A stretch of DNA of 64,000 nucleotides, taken from IMG/VR virus record IMGVR_UViG_3300046370_000598, positions 1-64,000 of that record. One strand, written 5' to 3'. Within the stretch, counting starts at the first letter, position 1. Each line of letters opens with the position of its first letter. The DNA is from a virus. The notes under the pieces are model-generated. The model ran no database searches, had not been told where the DNA came from, and worked only from the letters and a program-made list of their open reading frames with translations. Positions 43,401-51,962 of this stretch are shown here, piece after piece. The position numbers and the translations under genes are program-made.

Positions 43401-44106
43401 AAACCCGGAAACCGAGTTCTATTGCTCTATTAGTTAATAACATTTCGTTAATTATCGCTTTTGCTTTATTTTTAAATAAAATTTCATCTGACTCCGGATT
43501 AAAAGCGCTATGCCAATACTTCGATAGCCATAAATAAATATGCCGCTTTAGCCCACTACTTATTTCCTTCGATGACATAAAAAGTTTGAAATCCTGAGTA
43601 ATTTCATTTACATTAAAAAGATCCGTGTTATCGACATTCAATAACTTGAAAATTTCGCTTGACCCAATAAAGCAATTACTGCAAATCCAGCTACTCAAAT
43701 CTCGTTCATTAAAAAATAATTCCGAGGAAATTAACGATCGGTCTATTTTTCCTATTAGCAGGTTATGTTTTTTTGATAAATAAAACACATCCTTAAGTTT
43801 ATCATCATCTAGCAAAGTTTTTCCATAAGATTTTAAGGAGTCATTCACAAAGAGCATTACATCGGGACTTATATTTTTCTTAACATAATCCAATCCCTTC
43901 TGCCAACCAGAGAACTCCCAGTTTTTGTTATTTCCAGCAATAATGTGAAAAGCCCCAAATACTTCTTTCTCTTTTTTTTCCATAAGATTATCTACAATGA
44001 CATATTCTGTATGTAGGTTTGTTTTATTTAACTGTCCCACTATATAAGGTAAAGAGTGTGGGTATTTCTTGGTGTCATACTGAACATAAATAACCGCGAT
44101 TTTCAT
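43369..44106 (-). CDS. Hypothetical protein, possibly glycan-related
   Basis: VIVDN, GNN..WEFSGWQ.G and FVNDS motifs. Coupled within the GT operon. Confidence 0.55.
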   Translation of the reverse strand: MKIAVIYVQYDTKKYPHSLPYIVGQLNKTNLHTEYVIVDNLMEKKEKEVFGAFHIIAGNNKNWEFSGWQKGLDYVKKNISPDVMLFVNDSLKSYGKTLLDDDKLKDVFYLSKKHNLLIGKIDRSLISSELFFNERDLSSWICSNCFIGSSEIFKLLNVDNTDLFNVNEITQDFKLFMSSKEISSGLKRHIYLWLSKYWHSAFNPESDEILFKNKAKAIINEMLLTNRAIELGFRVFDSKNKCIHD

Positions 44107-46808
44107 GTTTTAAATCCCTTCTTGTATCCCAATGGAATAAATGTTACATTGTCTGCTATAGCATCTTTTCTATAATATTGTCGAAACACATGTTTAAAGT
44201 TTTTGTAATGATCAATTTCGGCGTGACAATGTTCGTCACTCAAATGAACCAATATACAATTTTTATTTTTTAATTTTTCAAAATATTGATTTTGTTTTGT
44301 GCGCAATTGACTTAGGTTTTCGCGGAATTTTTCTGGATATGTATTTATGTTTTTCGCATACATATCACTATATACAATCACACTATTCTCTTCTATAATA
44401 TTCATATCTTCATTGATAACAACATCAAAATCATCAAACAACTCACATATAAAATCCTGCTCAAATAAATTTTTGTGTGTGAATATTAATTTTTGTTTTT
44501 TTGTTTTTTGTGAAACATGAAATGCTTGAGTTTGCGCATTCCAATGAACAATATTTTCTGCATTATAAAAATCTGCTTTATCCTTTTCAAACGTTTGTGG
44601 ATTAAATTGTTTGTCGATGTTTCTGTATAATGTGTGATATTCTGGACCAATTTCGCGGAAAGTTTCAAGATATTCGCAAGCCTCAATTTGTTTTCTTATA
44701 TCATTAAAATACTCTGGATTGTTGCCGCGATCAACAATCTTTGCGCCTAAAATTTCACACACCGATTGCATGTAAGAATATACAGCCAAGAAAAACAAAG
44801 ACTTTCCTTGTTTTCTGTAGTTTAAATTGTTTGCTATTGCTCGACCTATGATTGGGTTTTTCGCGCAAGTCAAAATAAAGTCTTGAGAGAAATCTACATC
44901 TTGAAAAGTTGGTAAAACACATGATGTTTTATGATTAACAATTTCAGATATTGGAGTATCAATGTATCTATCAATATCAACATACAACCCACCCTCCTTG
45001 TATGTTTTTAATAGTCTCCACAAATCTATTTTTTCGGTATTTTTTCTGTCTTTTATTAAATTCCAATTGTCGCGACCAATTGAATCGCGCAGTAATCGAT
45101 TGACGTCCTCGTCATCATAAATCTGAACGTCCCAATCTGGATTCAGTAGCTCTAGGTTTTTCGCGCCTTTTCGAATAAGTTCGTAGTTTGAATCAAGTAC
45201 ATTTTTATTTTTCCAAGATAGATGAATTTTTTTGGGTATTTGTTTACTGTATATTTTAGCGAGCAATGGAAACTCAATCATCTCATACTCTTGTTTAATT
45301 TGAAACTTTTCTTCCGCAAATCTTAAATCTGATTTTTTATCTATTTCTGTATTATCATTTTCTTCGTGCAATTGATAGCTCATAAGAGGATTGAGATGAT
45401 ATATGCTTTCTGGCTTCGCAAACAATTTATTTTCATTAAAAAAGTTTTGCATAAAATTGTCAAGAGGCTCATCCATTCCAAACTGTTCAACCCATTGACA
45501 TAGTAAACTAGCAGCAGTTTTATGCAAAATGTACGAACTTGCATTCATATGCCAAAAATGATCGTTTTTAGTAAAAAAATCATTTCTTTTTATTCTGCAA
45601 AAATAATCATTATATCGCTCAAGAACCTCTGTGTAGCGTGGTTTATTCCATGGCTGGCAACCACCAAGATAAATTATCGAATAGTCGCTTGGTATTTGTT
45701 TGCTAAATACTTGATTCCAGAAATTCACAAAACCATCTTTAAATACTGCATCATCTTCTAATATCAAATAGTTCGTAGCGTTCTTGTCTTGCACCAATTT
45801 TTCCCACAGTCTATAATGACTTAATGCACAACAGATTTCTGCTTTACTTCTAGATTCCCAAGTTTTTGGAAATAATTTTTTAACTTCATTGTTTAGTTCT
45901 ATTTTCTTTGCATCGATTGCACTGACTCTTTGAGTTGAAAATTCTGTATTTTTATACATATGAAATAATCTATCTAAACGCCGATCAAGATTAATGAAAT
46001 AACTTTTTGAAATTTTCTCCAACTCTCGGTTCATATACATTTCTTTTTTAGTTCCAACAAAGTCACTTAAAGAACCGTCGGCCCTTTGCATTAAAAACAT
46101 AAAATTATTTATCTTACCATGTGAGACATTATCTTTTTTTAATTTACTTAACAAATATTTTTCTGCGTGATAATATTCTGGTTTATTTTTTATGTCAGAA
46201 TATCTTGTGCAATATGAATTTAATGCTTTTTTATTTTTAATAATAGCAAATCTATCATTTATTCCACCAAACCAACCATAATCAATTTGCGGACAAACAT
46301 TATAATACGGAGTAAATAAATCTTCATTAGATTTTAAACATTCTAAAGATAATGGATGAGTAAAAAATAAATCGCCTCTAGAAAGTATAAAATAATCATA
46401 ATCATCAATTCTATCTGCAAATGAATTAATAAAATACTCTAAAGAATAAATTTGTTTTAATGATTTTCTTATAGAATCTAAAGCATCTCCATCCCCCCAT
46501 GCTTCTCCAAATTTAATTACTTCTTTTGCCAGATCACATATATTTTCTTCTTTATTCCTTAAATCTTGATCGTAAAAAATCTCCTTAAATTTAAAATACT
46601 TTTGAATACTTTTATGATTTATGGGTGTCGGCTCAAGCTCCGCGTCAGCTTGTCTGGAATTAAAATAAAAAGAAGACTTACTAGTAACCAAAAAATAATC
46701 TACTTCATTACCCTCGATTTGCTTTTTTACATTCTCTTCGAAAGAAAAGTATTGTTTTTCGTCAAAATTTTTAACTTGTCCAAAAAAAACAAAAGCTACC
46801 TTACTCAT
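44103..46808 (-). CDS. Multidomain glycosyltransferase: VAF.F.G domain, GT25, GT32, exostosin-like N-half
   Basis: GT25: INLDRRLDR, CALSHYRLW, ILEDD. GT32: IPKKIH.SW, DLWR....EGGLYVDID. C-terminal LVHLSDE...VFRQY...IPLGY. Confidence 0.8.
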   Translation of the reverse strand: MSKVAFVFFGQVKNFDEKQYFSFEENVKKQIEGNEVDYFLVTSKSSFYFNSRQADAELEPTPINHKSIQKYFKFKEIFYDQDLRNKEENICDLAKEVIKFGEAWGDGDALDSIRKSLKQIYSLEYFINSFADRIDDYDYFILSRGDLFFTHPLSLECLKSNEDLFTPYYNVCPQIDYGWFGGINDRFAIIKNKKALNSYCTRYSDIKNKPEYYHAEKYLLSKLKKDNVSHGKINNFMFLMQRADGSLSDFVGTKKEMYMNRELEKISKSYFINLDRRLDRLFHMYKNTEFSTQRVSAIDAKKIELNNEVKKLFPKTWESRSKAEICCALSHYRLWEKLVQDKNATNYLILEDDAVFKDGFVNFWNQVFSKQIPSDYSIIYLGGCQPWNKPRYTEVLERYNDYFCRIKRNDFFTKNDHFWHMNASSYILHKTAASLLCQWVEQFGMDEPLDNFMQNFFNENKLFAKPESIYHLNPLMSYQLHEENDNTEIDKKSDLRFAEEKFQIKQEYEMIEFPLLAKIYSKQIPKKIHLSWKNKNVLDSNYELIRKGAKNLELLNPDWDVQIYDDEDVNRLLRDSIGRDNWNLIKDRKNTEKIDLWRLLKTYKEGGLYVDIDRYIDTPISEIVNHKTSCVLPTFQDVDFSQDFILTCAKNPIIGRAIANNLNYRKQGKSLFFLAVYSYMQSVCEILGAKIVDRGNNPEYFNDIRKQIEACEYLETFREIGPEYHTLYRNIDKQFNPQTFEKDKADFYNAENIVHWNAQTQAFHVSQKTKKQKLIFTHKNLFEQDFICELFDDFDVVINEDMNIIEENSVIVYSDMYAKNINTYPEKFRENLSQLRTKQNQYFEKLKNKNCILVHLSDEHCHAEIDHYKNFKHVFRQYYRKDAIADNVTFIPLGYKKGFKT

Positions 46809-47895
46809 TTTTCAAAAGATTTAAATAGCCCTCAATATTACTTTTTCTGTTCGGGTCAAAATCTTTTAATTTTTCTTGAGCATCTTTTTTATATTGTTCA
46901 ATAATTAAATGGTGGTTTTGTATTGCGCTTTTCAATTGATTTGCTCCCATTTTAATATCAAATTCCGGATAGTAATATCCTACATCGCTTAAAGTTTCAG
47001 AATTATGAATTAAAGGGATACCTAAATATAATGCTTCTAGATGAGAGTAGTTCAATTCATTATAAAATTGATGACTAATAATTGTGCTGCCAAATTTAGC
47101 AAGCGCATCTAATGACCCCCACCTATTATTGAAAAAACATTTTTTAGTTTCGTGAACGACAGAAAATTTATGCATTAACTTTTCAAAAAATTTATTCTTC
47201 CTAATACCCTCGCAACCGAAAGCATTTACTTGCCCTAATTCATTTGGAAATTTTTTATTAAATCTTTCGCAAATAGTTAACGGTATGATGCAGTTTTTAA
47301 TATATGATCTATTAGGCTCGAATATACAAACATTATTGGCTTTTTCTTTTTTAAAAAAAGGACTCAAAGATTTTTTGCTTAGTTCTTTTATTTTTTCATC
47401 AACAAAATAACTATCCCATATATATGGTGCAGTAAATACATTTTTAGTAGAGTAATATGTCTTAATATATTCTTTTGCAAAATCATGATGAGGAGAAGTC
47501 CAAACTTGATCTAATATCAACGGGCGCTCCAAAGGTTCTTTTTTTGATGTATTACTACATATTGCATAATTTATATCATCCATTAATTTATTTCCAAAAT
47601 GAACAAGAATAACCTTTAAGTTTTTATTTCTCTTCTTTAGTTTTTTATACATCTCAGGTAAAAGATCAAATCCTGCGATTATGATTACATCAAACTTTTC
47701 TTTAGGATCGTCGATAATTTCATGCAACAACATACCTTTATGTTTTTTTTCTAATTTATGTTGAGGATCTTTGAAAGTGATATAGTAACAATCATGTCCA
47801 GCTTTATTAAATAAATTGTATAAAAATACAATATTTTGCTGCATTCCATTCGCCCAGAACGCAACAGACATATCTAATGTTATTCCTATTTTCAT
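46801..47895 (-). CDS. DUF2827-like protein (putative GT-B fold), paralog 2
   Basis: WANGMQQNIVFL, PYIWD, IFEPN...K..IIP, ISHQ..NELNY..LEALY.G.PLIHNS. Confidence 0.65.
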   Translation of the reverse strand: MKIGITLDMSVAFWANGMQQNIVFLYNLFNKAGHDCYYITFKDPQHKLEKKHKGMLLHEIIDDPKEKFDVIIIAGFDLLPEMYKKLKKRNKNLKVILVHFGNKLMDDINYAICSNTSKKEPLERPLILDQVWTSPHHDFAKEYIKTYYSTKNVFTAPYIWDSYFVDEKIKELSKKSLSPFFKKEKANNVCIFEPNRSYIKNCIIPLTICERFNKKFPNELGQVNAFGCEGIRKNKFFEKLMHKFSVVHETKKCFFNNRWGSLDALAKFGSTIISHQFYNELNYSHLEALYLGIPLIHNSETLSDVGYYYPEFDIKMGANQLKSAIQNHHLIIEQYKKDAQEKLKDFDPNRKSNIEGYLNLLKNE

Positions 47896-48962
47896 GTTAA
47901 CAATTTTTTATATTTTTCAATGACTAAATTATTTTTAGGGGAATATCTTTCGATAACCGACCTAGATCTTTCTTCATATATATCAATATTGTCATCGTGA
48001 CAAGTTAAAGCTTTATGCAAAGCTTTAGCTCCTAAAATTGTATCATACTCAGGATAAAAGTAGCCAGCGTCTTTAATGTATTCAGAATTATGAACTAGTG
48101 GTATATTAAAATACAATGCTTCTAAATATGTATAATTCAAACCGTTTAAAAGCTGATGGGATACTACTATATTTGATTCTCTAGCAAAAATTTCAGAAAC
48201 ATTTTTTCTGTGAGAAAATTTTATTTTTTCTTGCTTTGTTATATCTAAGCACCACATTAGTGATTTAAAATATCTCTTGTGCATTAATGATTTCGCGCAA
48301 TAAACATTAAGTTGATTAAATAAATTTTTATGCTGATTTATTAATTCTTCAACTATAAATATGGAAGGTATACAGTTTTTAGTCATATTTAAATTTGGCT
48401 CCAATATTGCTATATTTTTTTCATCATTCGCATCGTAATAACAATTTAGTCCAGCTTTATTCCATATTGAATTATGGCATTTTATAAATTTTGGACTCCA
48501 TATATAAGGAATTTCAAAAACTTTTTGAGTTTTATAGAAAGTCTTAAAATAAGAAAAAGAAAACTCGTAGTGAGGTGAAACCCAGACCTCATCAACATTA
48601 TCAGGGTTTACACATATATTCTCCCACTTACACTGCTCTACATCTGCAAGTAATCTATTTCCGTAATGAATGTGTATATTTTTACAATTAGGGTTTTTTT
48701 GCTTTATTAAACTTAAGCATTTTTTACTCATAAGCCAACCTGTTTGCAAGCAATAATCCATTTTGGGTAAATCTGCAATTTCTTCTGATTGAAGAATTAT
48801 CATATCCCTTGGAGGATCAATTGATTCCTCAATGTCATGAGTAACAACTAAAAATGGCTTACAACCTATATCTTTCAATAATTCTGCTAAGAAAATTATG
48901 TTTTGCTGTAATCCATTACAATACAAGCCTTTATCTAGGCTGATAGTTAACAAAATATTCAT
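47892..48962 (-). CDS. DUF2827-like protein (putative GT-B fold), paralog 1
   Basis: NGLQQNIIFL, PYIWSP, ILEPNLNMTKNCIP, VSHQ..NGLNY..LEALY...PLVHNS. Confidence 0.65.
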   Translation of the reverse strand: MNILLTISLDKGLYCNGLQQNIIFLAELLKDIGCKPFLVVTHDIEESIDPPRDMIILQSEEIADLPKMDYCLQTGWLMSKKCLSLIKQKNPNCKNIHIHYGNRLLADVEQCKWENICVNPDNVDEVWVSPHYEFSFSYFKTFYKTQKVFEIPYIWSPKFIKCHNSIWNKAGLNCYYDANDEKNIAILEPNLNMTKNCIPSIFIVEELINQHKNLFNQLNVYCAKSLMHKRYFKSLMWCLDITKQEKIKFSHRKNVSEIFARESNIVVSHQLLNGLNYTYLEALYFNIPLVHNSEYIKDAGYFYPEYDTILGAKALHKALTCHDDNIDIYEERSRSVIERYSPKNNLVIEKYKKLLT

Positions 48963-48972
48963 ATTATTATAT

Positions 48973-48977
48973 TACAC
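48973..48977 (-). promoter_or_regulatory. GTGTA motif (putative phage late promoter) heading the GT operon
   Basis: GTGTAATATAATAAT-ATG(48962). Confidence 0.6.
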
Positions 48978-48982
48978 GAATA

Positions 48983-49462
48983 CTAATCTCTATTTATTGA
49001 AATATCTAAATAATTCCCACTTTCTATAACTTTATCTGAAAAAGCTACATTAAATCCAGATGCAGTTACATTATAAGTTGAATGCGCGTAAAAAAATTCG
49101 GACTGATCATCCACCCTCATGGAAATTATAACCTGAGGGGCGTGCGAATATGAAAAAGAGTCTCCAATTTCGTTATACTTAAAAGACAAAGTGTCTACTC
49201 CAGTAGGAATCTGCAAGGAAGTTGAAAAACCTCTTTCTGCATTAATTGCTTGAGTAAAACTCTCGCCAACCCTTCTAATCTTAACCCAGTCAGTTAAATT
49301 ATTGTCCCCAGTTTTTTCGTATAAAAAATTTGTATCAGAGTCGATATACTCTGTACCTATCACACCTGCAGCTTTATTGCTTAACGCAGGCGGCCCTGAG
49401 TCAGAAATTAATGGCTTCCTTATACCAAGGTTAGCATTAACGAAACTTTCGAATGCTCCCAT
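48983..49462 (-). CDS. Small virion protein with C-terminal H-type-lectin-like domain
   Basis: IPTGVD...YSHAPQVIISM...NVTASGFNVAFSD, like the domains in the 805-aa and 1568-aa fibres. Confidence 0.55.
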   Translation of the reverse strand: MGAFESFVNANLGIRKPLISDSGPPALSNKAAGVIGTEYIDSDTNFLYEKTGDNNLTDWVKIRRVGESFTQAINAERGFSTSLQIPTGVDTLSFKYNEIGDSFSYSHAPQVIISMRVDDQSEFFYAHSTYNVTASGFNVAFSDKVIESGNYLDISINRD

Positions 49463-49465
49463 TTC

Positions 49466-51442
49466 TTACTTCCTCCTATCGCTATGATACAACAAAGCTG
49501 AAGAATACAAATCCAAATCATATTCTAAAGATAATTGTTGAATTCTATTTATGATATCTAAACTCTCTATATTCTCAGAATTTTCCACGCAAGCTTCAAG
49601 TTTATCTGTCCACAATGATTTTTCTGAAGAAGTAATTATAGATTCGCAGAGATCATTAATTAAAGATTCTTCGGAAGCTTTCAACTTCTTTTTCTTTAAT
49701 TTCTTTCTCATTATCTTAAAACCCTCTTGCCTTAAGGTTTCTGTGGCATATATAATTTCTTGAATATCTTTTCTAGAATATAACTGTTCGGCAGTAACTT
49801 TATTTTCTTGCTTAATTTCGGAAGTTCCAACAGGTCTACCAACCTCTTTTTTTGCGGCTTGATCTTGACTTTCGTCTGATAAAACCGGTGCTCCACCAAC
49901 AATAGGATTATAGAGTCCATTTTTTCTCTGCTCTATATATCTTTCTTGAGCTGGTTGCATTTCCTCGGGCCTTGGGTAAGCCCCTTTTTCTAAAACGTTA
50001 ACCCCTTGCTCTGGAGTTATAATTCCCAATTCCATAAGTCTTGTGGCAACTCTTTGTAATTGAACCTCATCTTTTATATCTACCTGCTCAAATTTTACCG
50101 TTGGATATTTTCTAAATCCAAGGTTTTGACATATCATTTTTACTTGAGGCTGTAAAAAGTCGTAAATAAAAGCGTTCCTAGATTCTTTTAATCTTTCAAG
50201 AAATATCTTCGCTTTAACCTGCGCATTGCTATACCTATCATCACCGACAACTACATTTTGCAGACCTTCTTTTATATCATTATTAATTACTTCATATTTA
50301 CTTGGGCCAACAACTTTGCTTATGTCTGGGATCACAAATTGAGCTTTTGTTGTATAATCACTAACTAAAACTCTCCCAACACTTTCGTTTTTGAATAAGT
50401 TTTGCATAGCTTCCATATTCCTAGGGTTAATCCCCCCCTTATCTGGCTCTGCTCCCATAGTGATTAAAAGAATTACATTTTCAATAGTTCTGCAAATAGC
50501 TTGATCAATTTGCTTTAATTCTAGTTTAAAATTAATATCATCAAGCACAGGGTAACCAAATGGAATAGCGAAAGGTTCATAATCTTGCTTTTTGTAAAAT
50601 GAATAAATTAACTTTGATGGATCTAATATAGTCTTCAATCCATCGGAATTGTAAGAATTTTTTTGTATTTTATCTTTTATGTCTTGATCTAAAGATTCAT
50701 ATACTTGTTGATCATATTCTGTTTTTGGATTTTTTAGTCTTTCAATATCAAACTCAGATAATATCTTTTCATATCTACCTTCCTCAAATGAAGATGATTT
50801 GCTTGCGACAATGTCATAAGGATTTAATAGTATGTATTTTACAGGTAAATTGCCAGGCTTTAACGCTAAAGAAGATCCATATATTTTAGTTAATTTATCA
50901 AAGTCAGATTTGGAAAATTTTCCATCCACACGATACATAAATATATTTCCACTTCTATAATATTCCCTAAAATACTGATCTTTTAAATTCCACAAATTAA
51001 TTCTTTCAAACCATTTATAAACAAAGTCTCTTGAATTTTGAGTTCCTCCCTCAAGATATAAACTTGAATTAGCAAACTCAGACATAACATCTATAGCGTT
51101 CCTAAAAACTGAAATATTTGCATAAGCTTTTTGACATAACTCTATAGTATCCCTTATACTAACTCCGCTTTTATCATAAGTGTATGGAAGTGGGCTGGCT
51201 GCGATATTAGTAAACCTATTTTTTTTATCTGACTTATGAGCAAAATTCTTTCTTGAAGCAAAATCATCAGACCCGCCTTTAGTTCTTTGATAACTAGAAG
51301 CTTGAGATTCCATATAATAAGGTTCTCCTGATGAAAAAGGCGCTGCAGAAAAAGTTTGATTAAAGTCCTCTAAATTGTTGTTTTTAACTTTATCAAATTT
51401 ATTCCAATAATCAGAGCGTTTAATGTATTTTCTTTTACTCAT
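49466..51442 (-). CDS. Probable portal protein
   Basis: 658 aa. AY....VFRNAIDVMSEF, YFREYYRSGN.F.YR, ILLNP..I, YEPFA.PF..PVL.DI..K, P.VKFE..D. Portal-like order of motifs. Confidence 0.65.
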   Translation of the reverse strand: MSKRKYIKRSDYWNKFDKVKNNNLEDFNQTFSAAPFSSGEPYYMESQASSYQRTKGGSDDFASRKNFAHKSDKKNRFTNIAASPLPYTYDKSGVSIRDTIELCQKAYANISVFRNAIDVMSEFANSSLYLEGGTQNSRDFVYKWFERINLWNLKDQYFREYYRSGNIFMYRVDGKFSKSDFDKLTKIYGSSLALKPGNLPVKYILLNPYDIVASKSSSFEEGRYEKILSEFDIERLKNPKTEYDQQVYESLDQDIKDKIQKNSYNSDGLKTILDPSKLIYSFYKKQDYEPFAIPFGYPVLDDINFKLELKQIDQAICRTIENVILLITMGAEPDKGGINPRNMEAMQNLFKNESVGRVLVSDYTTKAQFVIPDISKVVGPSKYEVINNDIKEGLQNVVVGDDRYSNAQVKAKIFLERLKESRNAFIYDFLQPQVKMICQNLGFRKYPTVKFEQVDIKDEVQLQRVATRLMELGIITPEQGVNVLEKGAYPRPEEMQPAQERYIEQRKNGLYNPIVGGAPVLSDESQDQAAKKEVGRPVGTSEIKQENKVTAEQLYSRKDIQEIIYATETLRQEGFKIMRKKLKKKKLKASEESLINDLCESIITSSEKSLWTDKLEACVENSENIESLDIINRIQQLSLEYDLDLYSSALLYHSDRRK

Positions 51443-51451
51443 TCATTATGG

Positions 51452-51528
51452 TACACAAAAGTTAAAGCAAAGTCTATTAAAAGTTAAAAGTTAACTTTCG
51501 CTTTCTAATAAAAAAATAAAAATGTGTA
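51452..51528. promoter_or_regulatory. Divergent pair of GTGTA motifs flanking an AAAGTT repeat/palindrome region
   Basis: Minus strand GTGTACCATAATGA-ATG(51442). Plus strand GTGTATATACTTCCA-ATG(51539). Confidence 0.6.
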
Positions 51529-51538
51529 TATACTTCCA

Positions 51539-51715
51539 ATGCATGAAGAAAATAAAATTAGATGTATAGTATCAACTAAAGACGGAGAAATGGTGGGTAC
51601 AATCTTAAAACAATACGAAGAAATTGGCGGGCCCGATGACGGAGCAGTTTTTGCAGTGATTCAATTAGATAATGGACAAGTCATTAATGTGAAAATGTCC
51701 AAAATGATGAAATAA
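51539..51715 (+). CDS. Small hypothetical protein (start revised to ATG 51539)
   Basis: The ORF-track GTG start is the GTGTA motif itself. Confidence 0.55.
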   Translation: MHEENKIRCIVSTKDGEMVGTILKQYEEIGGPDDGAVFAVIQLDNGQVINVKMSKMMK

Positions 51716-51717
51716 TA

Positions 51718-51722
51718 GTGTA
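51718..51722 (+). promoter_or_regulatory. GTGTA motif (putative phage late promoter)
   Basis: GTGTAATACCTTGGCTC-ATG(51735). Confidence 0.6.
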
Positions 51723-51734
51723 ATACCTTGGCTC

Positions 51735-51959
51735 ATGGCAAATTATATAAATAATCCTAACTTTAGATACTCCAACGATAATAGAGAATTAGATTTCGGC
51801 GATTACGATTACCCATCTCAACAATCCGTAGACCCGTCAGCTCAAAAAGGTGAAAGGCATTTTTACTCAAACGATAATGGAGGATATTATCCTAACTCAA
51901 ACAGAATAGATATTTCTTTTGTTGATCCTACCCCACAAAAACAAACACCAACTTTATAA
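51735..51959 (+). CDS. Small hypothetical protein
   Basis: 74 aa with YSNDN twice. Preceded by the GTGTA motif. Confidence 0.55.
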   Translation: MANYINNPNFRYSNDNRELDFGDYDYPSQQSVDPSAQKGERHFYSNDNGGYYPNSNRIDISFVDPTPQKQTPTL

Positions 51960-51962
51960 ATT

